A DNA stretch of 63,991 nucleotides, counting the filler, from Barthelona sp. PAP020 (taxonomy: Eukaryota): assembly GCA_040182905.1 (NCBI GenBank). It is 11 parts of 11 records of this genome, joined end to end, with 100 filler letters (N's around TTAATTAATTAA, not from the genome) between each part and the next. Parts side by side here need not be neighbours in the genome. Positions count along the whole stretch, not along the records: positions 6,024 to 11,943 come from JARQWU010000573.1; positions 12,044 to 17,945 come from JARQWU010000574.1; positions 18,046 to 23,935 come from JARQWU010000575.1; 8 more parts are not named here. One strand, 5' to 3'. The notes beneath the pieces were generated by a model that worked only from the letters and a program-made list of their open reading frames with translations, did no database searches and had not been told where the DNA came from. Both the position numbers and the translations under genes were made by a program. Below are positions 11,364 to 23,121 of this stretch, piece after piece (positions within the stretch are counted from its first letter, which is position 1; the number at the start of each line of letters is the position of its first letter).

Positions 11364-11942
11364 TTAGTATCTATAGGCACCAATACCCATATTGGGGTTC
11401 ATGTTCATGTTATTATTCACACCCATATTCATGTTAGGATTCATGCCCATGTTCATGTTATTATTCATACCCATATTCATGTTAGGATTCATGTTAGGAT
11501 TCATGCCCATATTCATGTTAGGATTCATACCCATATTCATGTTAGGATTCATACCCATATTCATATTAGGATTCATATTAGAATTTATGCCCATATTCAT
11601 GTTAGGATTCATACCCATTCCCATATTAGGATTCATTCCCATATTACCATTCATCGATTGATTCATTCCGTTCATCATACCAGTCATCATATCCATGGCT
11701 TGATTCATTTGATTGCCCATTTGCATACCCATTTGTTGTCCCATTTGATTACCCATACTCATATTCATGTTAACTTGAGGTTTGGGAGCACTCATTCTCA
11801 TGCCTCCATTCATATTCAAGTGATTACCAGTATTCATTTGTTGACTCATCATAGGTTGAGAATGCATTTGACTTGGTTGGGGAGTATAAGTCATATTAGG
11901 CATGTTTCTATTTTGCATTGTGGTAAAAGGTAAAGATTGAAC
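11364..11942 (-). CDS. C-terminal part of a protein with a Met/Asn/Gly/Gln/Pro low-complexity tail (5' truncated)
   Basis: Frame is open to the contig edge; repeated MNPNMNMG units. Confidence 0.65.
   Translation of the reverse strand, partial: VQSLPFTTMQNRNMPNMTYTPQPSQMHSQPMMSQQMNTGNHLNMNGGMRMSAPKPQVNMNMSMGNQMGQQMGMQMGNQMNQAMDMMTGMMNGMNQSMNGNMGMNPNMGMGMNPNMNMGINSNMNPNMNMGMNPNMNMGMNPNMNMGMNPNMNPNMNMGMNNNMNMGMNPNMNMGVNNNMNMNPNMGIGAYRY
11385..11645 (-). repeat. Coding tandem repeat, ~24-nt unit (ATGAATCCTAACATGAATATGGGT)
   Basis: Recurrent cccatattcatgttaggattcat on the + strand. Confidence 0.85.
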
Positions 11943-12044
11943 GNNNNNNNNNNNNNNNNNNNNNNNNNNNNNNNNNNNNNNNNNNNNTTAATTAATTAAN
12001 NNNNNNNNNNNNNNNNNNNNNNNNNNNNNNNNNNNNNNNNNNNT

Positions 12045-12194
12045 GGCTTCAAGATTAATACCAAAGAAAGGGTAATTAGCTTACCAAAGGAAAAAAGAAA
12101 TGCAATGCTGGATATGCTAAACGGATTAACAATTCAAGGAGCAATCTTGCTCAAAGGAAAATTTCAATCAGTCAGCATTATAGGAAAGATTTAA
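12045..12194 (+). mobile_element. Fragment of a DIRS-like reverse transcriptase
   Basis: GFKINTKERVISLPKEKRNAMLDML..LTIQGAILLKGKFQSVSII* aligns with GFKINTKDKKIWLPMDKRKKMLDLC..ITIEEALSLQGKLQSASIV in the element at 32176-35836. Confidence 0.85.
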
Positions 12195-13196
12195 AATTAA
12201 ATTTTATCCCCCAAAAAAAAATTAAATGAACAAGCATAAAAAAAGACTTTCGACATTCACAGAATGATGCCCATTAAACACTATTATCATATCATAAAAT
12301 AACCAACAAATATCAAATAATACTAAAATAGTGATAGAAGAGGAGAAAGGAAATTTAAAAAAAAATTCAAACAAATTCATTTTCAATTGTGATTGTACCT
12401 TTTAAAAAATTCAAAATGATGTCCATTTATTCCTTAAAAAAATACTTCTTTGATTCATGAATCACTCTTTTTCCGAATTTCAACTATCAACTCAAATTTG
12501 TGATGATTCAACAAAACAATTCATTTATTTTATATTTTAAAGGTGAAATATTGATTACTAATTGGAAAATATTTTTTTCATAAAAACCAAAATTAAAAAG
12601 AATAAATAATTGTTTTGCAAAAGCTTGAAAAAGATGTTTGGAAAAATATTTGGTCATAATTTTGTGAAAAAGGTATCTTTGTTTTTAAAATTTGAACCAA
12701 TCAACATGCAAAACAACAAAAGCATTCATTTTCAAAAATTATTGGTGAATGAAATAAAAGTTAACTGTTTAATTGAATGTTTTTGGTTGCTTTTAAATGT
12801 GCTTATTTGTTGTTACCAAATCGCACGCATCTCAATTGTACCAAAAATTCTTTAAAAAAAAAAGTTACTCTCATCAATTGTTTTCCAAAAAACATTGGAA
12901 GTCGACCAAAATTATCTTTCTTTTTTCAATATTCATTTTTTGAATTTGGGAAAATTTTCAATATGCAAAAATTAAATGAATTTTTCAAATTTTTTTCTAG
13001 GGTGTAAAATTATTTTTCACGCAAAAACTGAAAAAAAAAAAATTTTGTTAATTTTATATATATCAATTACAAAGTGATCAGTTAATTGGTTGATAGTATT
13101 TTTTTACTTTTTTTTGGGGGGAAAAATTGAAAAAAAAATGTCGACCAGATTATTGCTTTTCACAAATCAACTTCTTTTTTTCTCTCTTTATTCAGT

Positions 13197-16100
13197 ATGA
13201 AAAATTTGGAAAAAAAAGGGTTTTATCTTTTCAATGACAATGCTTACAACCCAAACAAGTTGCTATTTAACTTTTGTGACACTAAGATTTTCATGGCAGT
13301 ACCTTTCTCAACCAAGGGAATAGAGTTTACAGGCTCAAATAGGAAGTTCCATGATGTGAAAGACATTTTTGTTGCTGGATTTGGAACTTCTCAAAATAAC
13401 ATTTCAAATTTTGCAAGCAAATTTGAAGGTGGTTTTTGTTATATTCTTGAAATTACTGATGATGACGTTTTGATTAATTATAAAACAATCCCCAAAGAAA
13501 ATATCAGAGTTTTGACTCCAAACAATATGAATATGATTAACACTTTTGATAAAACAATTAATTCCATGTATCCTAAGCTAATGGAACGTCAAGATCATTT
13601 ATTTCATCAAAAATTAGAAGTTAACTATGATAACCAGCAAATAACAATCGATAGAAAAAGTAATTTCAATGAGAAACTTACAACTATCATTCAAAAGTTA
13701 TCATATGTTTTAGGTATAAGTACAGCGTATTTCTTGTGCAAAAATGTGGATGACTTCACTGTTTACTTCAGGCTGTACCAACTTATCACTGAAGATCTTG
13801 GTATTTATCAATTTAAACCATGTAGTATTCAGGAAAATGATTCATTGACGACAAACATATCTAAAAAAACCGAATTTGAATATTTTAAAAACAATTTATT
13901 AATGAGCTCGATTCCTTTTAAAAATCGACAAATTGGTGGAGTTTTGCAAGAATTATACTTTAGAGGTTGGGCCAATGATGAGCCAGTTGATCTTCAAGCT
14001 TTAAAACAGTTCTTTTCAAAGTCCGTTAAATGTTTTGCTAATCGCAATTCGGATAATTTTTTTGATTTTTTTGAATATTCAAAGAAATTAATAGAGCATA
14101 TTGAAAGGCATGAGGATTTGAATCAAAAGTTAATTTTCTACAATTATGGATTGTTAAAAATTGATGAAGATATTCATTTTGTTCATGCTGATGAACTTGA
14201 AGATCTGAATAAATGGTATGATTTTTCCATTTATCGAATCACCTGCAATGTGTTGGACATTAATTTTTTGGGTTATCATAACGATGAATTACCGAATGGA
14301 TACTTCAAAATAGATGATGAAAAATTGATCACAATCAATTTGAAAGATGAAATTGTTGATCACAATATTTTGAAATATTTTAGCTTTCCTAAACCTGAAG
14401 ATTTAACCAATTTATTTATTTATCGAAAGGAATTATTTGAAGAAGTTGAAGAAAAAGAGCAATTTTTTGAATTGATAAATTATTTTCTTTTGTCTGAACA
14501 ATCTTATTATCAACGAGCAAAATCTTTGGTTTTTAATAGAAATTTACTTGATAAATGTGATATTATTGCTCGAAAATATACAAAATACATACGTAAGCGG
14601 TCCAACTACTTTGAAGGATTACCAATTTACTCTTCAAACAAATCAGTGTTGAAAATGTTTAAGGGAATGAAATTTGATGAACGAGAGATTACAAGTGTTA
14701 TAGATCTTCTTTATGGTTCTGGTGCTCAAGATTTTAGATCGAATTGTGAAAAATTAAATTTGGCTTATGACACTGCATCAATAAAGAAGCTTGAAGCATT
14801 TTTTGAATTATTTACTTTATTCAAATTTATTGAAGCAAAGAATAATATCATTAGATTGATAGATGATCACAAAGGTAATTTGGAGAGAATGGTCTGGACA
14901 TCTTTTTTTACTGATACATTTGAAAAGAATCAAACATTTGAAAGAATAGCAAACAACAAACACAATACTGTAAATGGATATTTTGAAAGAAAGAAAAATG
15001 AAGCTGGACTGTTGGACATTTTAAAAAACAGCAAATTTCCAAAAAAAAAATTCAAGAAAATAAGAGGTCTTTTATTTGATTCTGCTAATAGATACATGAA
15101 AATTATATTGATGAAACAGAAGATCATTGCAAAAAAACGTTTTTTGCAAAAAGAAAGAAAAGATTTCAAGTTAATTGCCATGAAGTTTTATGGTTTAAAC
15201 AAGCTAACAAATGGAATCGTTGAACTGGCATTCACAATTCCAATTGAACAGGAAGTTCAAAGGATTTTAAAGGGTGGTTTGTTTTTACTTGTTTCTTTAA
15301 AGCAATTTTTATCCCAAGGTGATAAATCAAGTGAATTGATTAAGTTTGGACTTTTATCCATAGTATCAGCGGTTTCGTCACAGGTTGTCATTTTTCGAAC
15401 ATGTACTGAATTTTCAAGGCCTGAATTTTTTACTGACCTTGAAACAGACAACATGAGTTATGTTGTTCCAATTAAATGCATGTCACAGGTTGCTTATCGA
15501 AATTTTAGAAATTTTCATGCTCATCTTCAAAGAGATGCTGAACCAAATAAAGGTATCAGGCATTTTAAATGGTGTGGTTTACCACCCAGTAATATATCTT
15601 CAAATGAATATTTGAAAATGAATAATAATTTTTTGACAAATAAAATTTGGAGAAAAGACAAGCCTAATGGGCAAAACACGTATGAACAATTAACAGATAT
15701 GCAAAAATTTGTTTTGATTAAGTTAATACTGACATTTTCGAAGCTGAATTCCTTTTTAAACACAAAGACGTTGAATATCAAGTTTTTGACTTCAATTTTG
15801 TGTCCTGCAGGTTCTGGTAAGTCTAGATTGTTAGGAATGACAATGGGATATCTTTTGAAAGAAAAGACCATCGATTTTTTGTGTCTTGGACCAAATTACA
15901 AGTCAATTGAAGCATCTGTGAAAAATATCTTTGATAATGTTGAATCAACCATCAATTACATACTGTTTTATCATGAAATCAATGAAAACAAAAGGATTGT
16001 TAATTATTCTAAATCAAAAAAGAAAAACCCTACAAAATACAATTCTGATTGTAGTTTTGTGCTGGATTTATGCTTGGGTGTGGAAAAAAATATTCATGAC

Positions 16101-17945
16101 ATGATTAAAAAGCATTTTGCGTCTGATTTAACCATATGTTGGAAACATGCCAATTTACCACCCAAACAATTTCCCTATATGCACATTGTCTCGTCATATC
16201 AAGACAAAGTTGTTGAGACACTTGTCTCAAAGATGAATTACAAGCATATTAATAATCCTTTTAACGATTTTGAAGAAGTTTTCACTTCTAAAAGGAATAT
16301 ATCAAACAATGTGATCCGTAAAATTTTACAAAAATATAAAGATTACAGTATTATAAAAGATTTTGAGGATTTAATTAAGATTTTGCTGGTTTTAGGCATG
16401 AAAACTGAATTTCGTCAAATATTGAAGCAAATAACTGTGCTTGTGGATAGCATTATTAATATTTCCAATATTTCTCATCTTTCAAACCGTAAAAAAATGG
16501 GCATCATCATGGCGCATGAGTTTATTGTGGATAAACTTAATGATTTTTCATTTCCAAGAATCATGGATACAAAAAGAAACAATGCCAAGATTTTTTGTTC
16601 AACAATTGATAGTTTTACAGGAGATATTACTAGGTCCATTATCTTAATGGATGAATCTTCCAAATCAGCATTTTGCAATGACTTAGCTTTGTTGTGTTGC
16701 TTTAACAGACCGTGTGTTTGTGTTTTTACAGGAGATACAACTCAATTGAAACCAAATATGGGAATTTCAGTGAGTAGAGCTTTGTTTACTGAATGTCTCG
16801 TTAAACATTTTGAAATTTCTGGTTTGGAATTGTTGAGTAAAATGTTGCTTCCTGCGCAACAATTTGCCTTTATTGATAATTTTCGATCTCATGAAATCAT
16901 AACAAGTTTTAATAGTGCCTTATTTTACGGAAATTTATTGAAACCAGGCACGCCCTTGAACTTGTTACCAAAAAGAATTGATAATGATTATCCTCTACAG
17001 TTTTTTAATATTAGTAGCTCGTGTGGGACAAGCATAAAACCAAAGAAGGGATATTCCTCATATCGTTTGGTTGAGTGTTATTTTGCCGTTAAAGTAGCGT
17101 ATGATTCTATTGTTAAGAATCGTTCTTGGAGATGGGAATTGGAAAGATTGCCAGAAAATGCTTTCACAAGTCATATTGGAATTATTGTTCCGTATAGAGA
17201 ACAAGCAAATCAAATTCAAGAAATTTTATTAAATGTTGCTTCTAGAAATCCAAATGGATTTGACCCAGAAATAACTCGTTACATGGATAAGATAAAAGTT
17301 GAAACTGTTGATAGCTTTCAAGGGGCAGAAGCTTCAATGATCATCTATTCGTTTACCAGGAGTTCGGGTAGATTTTCAAAGAATCAACTATCAGTTGGAT
17401 TCTTAAATAATTTTCACCGAATGTGTGTTGCTTTCACCAGAGCAAAATCTAAATTTGTTTTTGTTGGGGATTTTGACACTTTTCAAAGAGTTCCTACATT
17501 TGAGTTATTTTTCAACGGAATAGAATGTACAAATGGAAGCATCACTGGAAAGTCAGTATTCAAGGTTATGAAAAGCCATGGGAAGATGTTCAATGTTAAG
17601 CCTCATGATCATGAAAAATTCTTATTTAATTCTCAGTCTAAAATAGATGTGGATGAAAACTACGAAGAGAATGGGTGTTTGCAAGGTATTTCAGAAGTTG
17701 TGAAAGTTATGAAAAATTGTATCAATGAGCAAACAATGAATTTAAAGAAATGGACAGATGAACCAATGGAGAACCGGAAGTTAAAAGAAAAAATACCCAA
17801 CAGCAATGATTTAAAGAAATCACCATCTTCAAACAAGTCAAAAGATTGTTTTGTTTCTGTCAAAGAGAAAGAAGAATCTCAGAAGAAAAAAAAAAAAAAA
17901 GGAAAAAAAAAAAAAAAAAAAAAAAAACTGAAAAAAATTGATCAA
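13197..17945 (+). CDS. Superfamily 1 helicase, Upf1/DNA2/NAM7-like, with large unrecognised N-terminal region (3' truncated)
   Basis: CPAGSGKS (motif I), MDESSK (II), GDTTQLKP (III), NFRSH (IV), TVDSFQGAEA (V), RMCVAFTRAK (VI). Confidence 0.88.
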
Positions 17946-18047
17946 NNNNNNNNNNNNNNNNNNNNNNNNNNNNNNNNNNNNNNNNNNNNTTAATTAATTA
18001 ANNNNNNNNNNNNNNNNNNNNNNNNNNNNNNNNNNNNNNNNNNNNTC

Positions 18048-19808
18048 TATTTTGCAGCGCTTGAAGGTAATCTTGAAGTTGTCAAGCAATGTATTAAAGC
18101 TGGCGTTGATGTGAACAAACAAGGTAAGGAAGGAAGGACATCGCTTTGGGGAGCTTGTTTTGGTGGTCATATTGCAGTTGTTGAGTTTTTGTTGGATTTT
18201 GGTGCTAATGTTAATTTGAATATGAATGGGGGATATTCTTCGTTATATGTTAGTTGTCAAAATGGTCATCTTGATATTGCTAAAATTCTCTTAGATCATG
18301 GGGCTGATATTAATTTGTGTAGGGACGGTGGATATTCTTCATTGTACGTCAGTTGTCAAAAAGGCCATCTTGATGTTGCCAGAATGCTCTTAGCTCATGG
18401 GGCTGATATTAATTTGTGTATGAATGAAGGTGCTTCTCCATTGTACATAAGTTGTGAACTTGGTCATCTTGATGTTGCCAAAATGCTCTTGGATCATGGG
18501 GCTGATGTTAATTTGTGTGATAATGAAAGTTTTTCGCCATTGTACATCAGTTGTCAAAATGGTCATCTTGATATCGTCAAAATGCTATTGGATCATGGAA
18601 CTGATATTAATTTGTGTATGAATGAAGGTGCTTCTCCATTGTACATAAGTTGTCAACTTGGTCATCTTGATGTTGCCAAAATGCTCTTGGATCATGGAGC
18701 AGATGTTGATTTGTGTAAGGATGGTGCTTCTCCATTGTACATTAGTTGTGAAAAAGGTCATCTTGATGTTGCCAAAATGCTATTGGATCATGGAGCAGAT
18801 GTCAATTTGTGTCCTAATGATGGTGCTTCTCCATTGTACATCAGTTGTCAAAAAGGGCATCTTGATGTCGTCAAAATGCTATTGGATCATGGAGCTGATA
18901 TTAATTTGTGTCCTAATGATGGTGCTTCTTCATTGTACATCAGTTGTCAAAAAGGTCATCTTCATGTCGTCAAAATGCTCTTGGATCATGAAGCTGATGT
19001 TAATTTATGTAATAATTATGATGCTTCTCCATTGTACATAAGTTGTCAACTTGGTCATCTTGATGTTGCCAAAATGCTCTTGGATCATGGAACCGATGTT
19101 AATTTGTGTATGAATGAAGGTGCTTCTCCATTGTACATAAGTTGTGAACTTGGTCATCTTGATGTAGCTAAAATGCTCTTGGATCATGGAGCTGATGTTA
19201 ATTTGTGTAAGAATAATGGTGTTTCTCCATTGTACATCAGTTGTCAAAAAGGCCATCTTGAAGTTGCCAGAATGCTTTTGGATCATGAAGCTGATGTTAA
19301 TTTGTGTAGGGACGGTGGATTTTCTCCATTATATGTCAGTTGTTACAATGGTCATCTTAATGTTGCCAAGATGCTTCTAGATTGTCCCGAAATAAACCTA
19401 TATGGTGAAGATATGCTGTTATTTTTCAATATATTGTATACTTATGATGACCAATGGAAAAAAAACAAATACAGCATTTTGAGCTGTCCCAATTTAAAAC
19501 AACAATTGGAGAGTGGCGAGCCTGTTGATTTGAAATTTGAGCATTTGTCCAAATCCGAGTTGATTGAATTGGTGAAGGATAAGGGTTATCTTCTATCAAC
19601 ACTTGTTGAAATGAAGGTTGACAGTGTCATCATTCGAGAATTTGTCAGTGCTGGAGTTTACATGAATCAAAGAGATTTTGACATGTCAATCAACTTATGT
19701 TGGGATTTGATCGACATCAATGAAAGGAATGGTGGTAATATGCGTCAGTATATTGATGAAGAGATGGAAGATGATGACAGTGATGAGAGTGATGTCAATG
19801 ATGATTAG
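18048..19808 (+). CDS. Ankyrin-repeat protein (at least 14 repeats, 5' truncated) with a conserved, unrecognised C-terminal domain
   Basis: Frame is open from the contig edge (YFAALEGNLEVVKQCIKAG); repeats of SPLYISCxxGHLDVAKMLLDHGADVN; tail shared with the 4404-5609 protein. Confidence 0.92.
   Translation, partial: YFAALEGNLEVVKQCIKAGVDVNKQGKEGRTSLWGACFGGHIAVVEFLLDFGANVNLNMNGGYSSLYVSCQNGHLDIAKILLDHGADINLCRDGGYSSLYVSCQKGHLDVARMLLAHGADINLCMNEGASPLYISCELGHLDVAKMLLDHGADVNLCDNESFSPLYISCQNGHLDIVKMLLDHGTDINLCMNEGASPLYISCQLGHLDVAKMLLDHGADVDLCKDGASPLYISCEKGHLDVAKMLLDHGADVNLCPNDGASPLYISCQKGHLDVVKMLLDHGADINLCPNDGASSLYISCQKGHLHVVKMLLDHEADVNLCNNYDASPLYISCQLGHLDVAKMLLDHGTDVNLCMNEGASPLYISCELGHLDVAKMLLDHGADVNLCKNNGVSPLYISCQKGHLEVARMLLDHEADVNLCRDGGFSPLYVSCYNGHLNVAKMLLDCPEINLYGEDMLLFFNILYTYDDQWKKNKYSILSCPNLKQQLESGEPVDLKFEHLSKSELIELVKDKGYLLSTLVEMKVDSVIIREFVSAGVYMNQRDFDMSINLCWDLIDINERNGGNMRQYIDEEMEDDDSDESDVNDD
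18210..19380 (+). repeat. Array of highly similar ~99-bp ankyrin-coding units
   Basis: Recurrent ggtcatcttgatgttgccaaaatgctcttggatcatgg. Confidence 0.9.
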
Positions 19809-20016
19809 AAAGGTCTTTTGTTTTGTTATATGTTTATTCTCTTTATGTTTTGTGGATAATTTTTCTTTTCATATAAATCATAGTTTATTTGTTTTTTGAT
19901 ACAAAAAAGAGAAAAAGTTGTTTATCTAATGGGTGATTCAATGAATTTTGCAATGGTTCATTTTGGGATTATCAACCTCACTTTAAACTTCCTCTTTCAT
20001 TTAATACAAAGCTCTC

Positions 20017-20138
20017 ATCGTTCAAATTACACTACAGTCCCTTAATTCCTCCACCCCTGAGGTTTTGACTGAAATTTGCCAGGAGGAGTTTTCTGAGTTT
20101 ACTTTCTCTGTGAATAAATATAGTTGTTTCACAACTAG
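20017..20138 (+). repeat. Dispersed intergenic repeat, short copy A
   Basis: atcgttcaaattac...gagttttctgagtttactttct...aataaatatagttgtttcac, also present at ~31597-31709 and ~41629-41750. Confidence 0.85.
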
Positions 20139-20346
20139 AAAAAAAATTCCACAAGTCTTATTTTCGGACTCTATACAACAAGCTTTCATTCTTAGATTAT
20201 TTTCTTCTTTTTCTTTTTAAGAAGGCTTCTCATTTATGCTCAAAACAAAATAAGCGGGCCCACTGAAGCCTCCAAACTCATAGAAACAAAGTCAATAAAT
20301 TAAAAAATACAATGAAATTTATCAAACAAAACGATTAAAACATCAA

Positions 20347-22866
20347 CTATGAAAAATCAGAAAAAATACTCTGAAAGTTGGCCATATCAACAAATTCTAA
20401 CTCTCCAGCAAGACTTTGATCAACAGAAGCTTTTATCTGACTGTAATTGTTGTTGTAATTAGAATTGGAAGCAGATGTAGGATTCAATGTCAATAATTGG
20501 TCAATCATATCATTTCTACGTTTGTTGCTGTTTAATTCTCTCATTCTTGCTTCATTCTTCTTTGTAATTTCAATAATTTCTCGTTCAGCAGTTGTTGGTC
20601 TATTGCTGTACATGGAGTCAAAATTGTTGACGTCTGTGAAGTGATGATTCTCATAATTACTTAAATCTTGACGTTGCTTCTGTATAATCAACTGTTGATG
20701 TTTTAGCTGATCTCCAGAATTTAAAACTTGTCGTGTTTCTTGTGGCAATGCATTTAGTAAATAATTGAACTCATTGGTGGCTTTTTCTTCCAATTGCCTT
20801 TGTTCTTGTTCATGTAATAGGCGATTCCGTTCATCTTTTCGAATCATATCCTCTCTTTGTCTCTTTTCATGCTCTTGTAAAGATCTTTTCAACGATTTCA
20901 ACTCATTTCTCAGGTCATCATTGTCCCTCTCAAGTCTTTCATATAATCTAAAGATTTCATTGTTATTGTTTGAAGATTTGTTGTAGTTTTCATAAGGATT
21001 CACCATTCCATCGTTATTTATCATTGGTGCACCTACAGGACCAGAAAACAATCCTACATTTGAAGGGAACATAACATTTGATGATTCAACGACTTTTGGA
21101 GGCAATGAACCTTCATTTTCATTAATAACGGGATTGACTTGACTTTCAATAACTTTAGCTTCAACAATCTTAGCTTCAACAAAGATCGGTTTTTTAACAA
21201 CTTCTTCAGATAATTTGTTAGGACTTGTTTCAGAAACCATTGCTTCACTGCCATTTGCTGATCCTTGCTTTCCCTTTTTCTTCTTTTTGCCAGCTCCACC
21301 AGTTCCCAATGCATCAAGACCAAATTGTCTTTCATACTCCAATTCTTTCTGATGCTTTCTAGCCAAGTCTTCGGCATCCCGTCGAATTCTTTGTTCTTCC
21401 TCATATTCTTCTTGTTCAAGTCGTCTCTTTTCTTCTTCTTTCCTTCGTTTACGTTCAGCAATCTGCAGTTCAAGATCATTCTTCAGTTCATCCTGTAATC
21501 CTTTTTGGAAATTCTCCCCTCTCTCAGAAATACCTTGTAAAGCATTTCCTCCACTAGGTCTCCCATAATTGACTCTGTTTGGACTATATTTTGAGCTTGA
21601 ATTCGAATAAGCATCTTGAGTTTTTTGTTCAAAAGCAGTTTGACTCATTTCAGTAGCTTTAGCAAATTGATTAACTTCATTGTCTCTTGACTTTGAAAAC
21701 TCTTCCATGTTATTCATATTACCGTTTCTGAAACCATTTCTACTTGGAGATGTTCTTAAATTAGCAGCAATCTTTCCATTTGAATCTCGAATTGGAGCGC
21801 CTGCACCTGGTTTTCCAAACGGGTCATAACTTTCAATTTCCTTTTCTTTTTCCATCTCCCATTGTTCCAAACGCTTTTTTTCTGCCGCTTTTCTTTGTTC
21901 TTTCATCCTAATTTGAGCAGCCAATTCATCAGCATAATTTTGAGAAGTTGTCTGACTCCTTGGTCCATACTTTTTCCCAACAGAATTGTTTGCAGTTTGT
22001 TGTTCATGATATTCGGTTTGATGATATGCATTATAAGTATTCAGATGTGAGGGTTGATTATCATAATCATAAGATGTTGGAGTTTGTACTATTCTTTTTT
22101 TGGCTAAACGTTCCTGAACTTGACGATCTAACTCACGGCGATAATCTTCAATTGGTTTGTCGACAGTTCGATCTGCCAACCAGAAACCTTCATCCTGAGT
22201 ATTTACAACTTGTCTATTATTAATAGCACGCATTTTGAGTTGCTCATCAAGCATTTGTCTCTGATTGCTGACATTTGGTTTTCTCGAATTTGACTCACCA
22301 AACATTATCCCATTTTGTGGGGATCTTGCAAATGCTTCTGCAAGAGAATCCTTTTCATTCACTGATTGTGATGGAGAATTAAAGTACTTTCCATACTTCT
22401 CATCTAATTCTCTATTCCTTTCAACAGAAGGAGGTCTTCTTTCTTTCATATTTGAATATATTTCATTTTGTCTTGCATTAAGGGCATAATTCTGTTCGTT
22501 TGAAACATGTTCTGTAGGAATGGTTTGTTTTGGCAATATTGTATTAATTGGTGGTTTTACATAAGAAGATGGATTTTGTGCTTTTTGTTGATATTGTAAT
22601 CGTTTTTGTTCCCATATTTGATCTCTTCGACTAATATTTGAATCAAATGCAGAATTAACATGCATAGTATTTGAAACAGATCCTTGATTTGGTTGCAAAT
22701 TCTGAATCGAACCCAGTGTTTGTCTTGGTTCAACAATATTAGGTCTTGAATTGGCCATTACAACTTTGGGTTGATTTATTTGTGTAGATAAACTCGCTGG
22801 AATCGATATCATAGATGTTTTGTTTGGAATCGATCCATTTGATATAAATGGATTTGAAGTTGACAT
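20347..22866 (-). CDS. CSPP1/CCDC66-like centrosome and cilium coiled-coil protein
   Basis: YADELAAQIRMKEQRK...YDPFGKPGAGAPIRDSNGKI matches the CSPP1 motif YNPWGKGGGGAPLRD; alternative start at 22893. Confidence 0.7.
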   Translation of the reverse strand: MSTSNPFISNGSIPNKTSMISIPASLSTQINQPKVVMANSRPNIVEPRQTLGSIQNLQPNQGSVSNTMHVNSAFDSNISRRDQIWEQKRLQYQQKAQNPSSYVKPPINTILPKQTIPTEHVSNEQNYALNARQNEIYSNMKERRPPSVERNRELDEKYGKYFNSPSQSVNEKDSLAEAFARSPQNGIMFGESNSRKPNVSNQRQMLDEQLKMRAINNRQVVNTQDEGFWLADRTVDKPIEDYRRELDRQVQERLAKKRIVQTPTSYDYDNQPSHLNTYNAYHQTEYHEQQTANNSVGKKYGPRSQTTSQNYADELAAQIRMKEQRKAAEKKRLEQWEMEKEKEIESYDPFGKPGAGAPIRDSNGKIAANLRTSPSRNGFRNGNMNNMEEFSKSRDNEVNQFAKATEMSQTAFEQKTQDAYSNSSSKYSPNRVNYGRPSGGNALQGISERGENFQKGLQDELKNDLELQIAERKRRKEEEKRRLEQEEYEEEQRIRRDAEDLARKHQKELEYERQFGLDALGTGGAGKKKKKGKQGSANGSEAMVSETSPNKLSEEVVKKPIFVEAKIVEAKVIESQVNPVINENEGSLPPKVVESSNVMFPSNVGLFSGPVGAPMINNDGMVNPYENYNKSSNNNNEIFRLYERLERDNDDLRNELKSLKRSLQEHEKRQREDMIRKDERNRLLHEQEQRQLEEKATNEFNYLLNALPQETRQVLNSGDQLKHQQLIIQKQRQDLSNYENHHFTDVNNFDSMYSNRPTTAEREIIEITKKNEARMRELNSNKRRNDMIDQLLTLNPTSASNSNYNNNYSQIKASVDQSLAGELEFVDMANFQSIFSDFS

Positions 22867-23121
22867 TATTTGGAAAAAAAAAAAATGGACCATTTATTCT
22901 TAAAATAAAATATTGATTGGAAATTGTTGAAAGATTGATTATTTGTATTACTTAATCCCAATAAACATGCTCATTATTCAAAAATTGTCAAACAAATTTT
23001 CTTCCATTTCTTTCTTCATCTCCGGTTTGTTTCACAACTTTAATATTTGTTTGTTTGTATGCAACTTATGTAAAAAATTATTGTTCATCTTTTGTCCATA
23101 TTTCATTTTCAATTTTTTACT

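Noticed and set aside
11286..11933. His/Ile-rich ORF on the + strand (possible metal-binding protein)
   Set aside because: Antisense shadow of the Met/Asn repeat (ATG read as CAT); TTG start
17880..17945. Poly-Lys tail of the helicase, and the poly-T tract at 63740-63810
   Set aside because: Homopolymer-rich sequence (the first at a contig end) whose run lengths are unreliable
18210..19380. Repeat array resembling a CRISPR or DGR-type template
   Set aside because: Units are in-frame ankyrin codons without unique spacers, and the only RT present is DIRS-type
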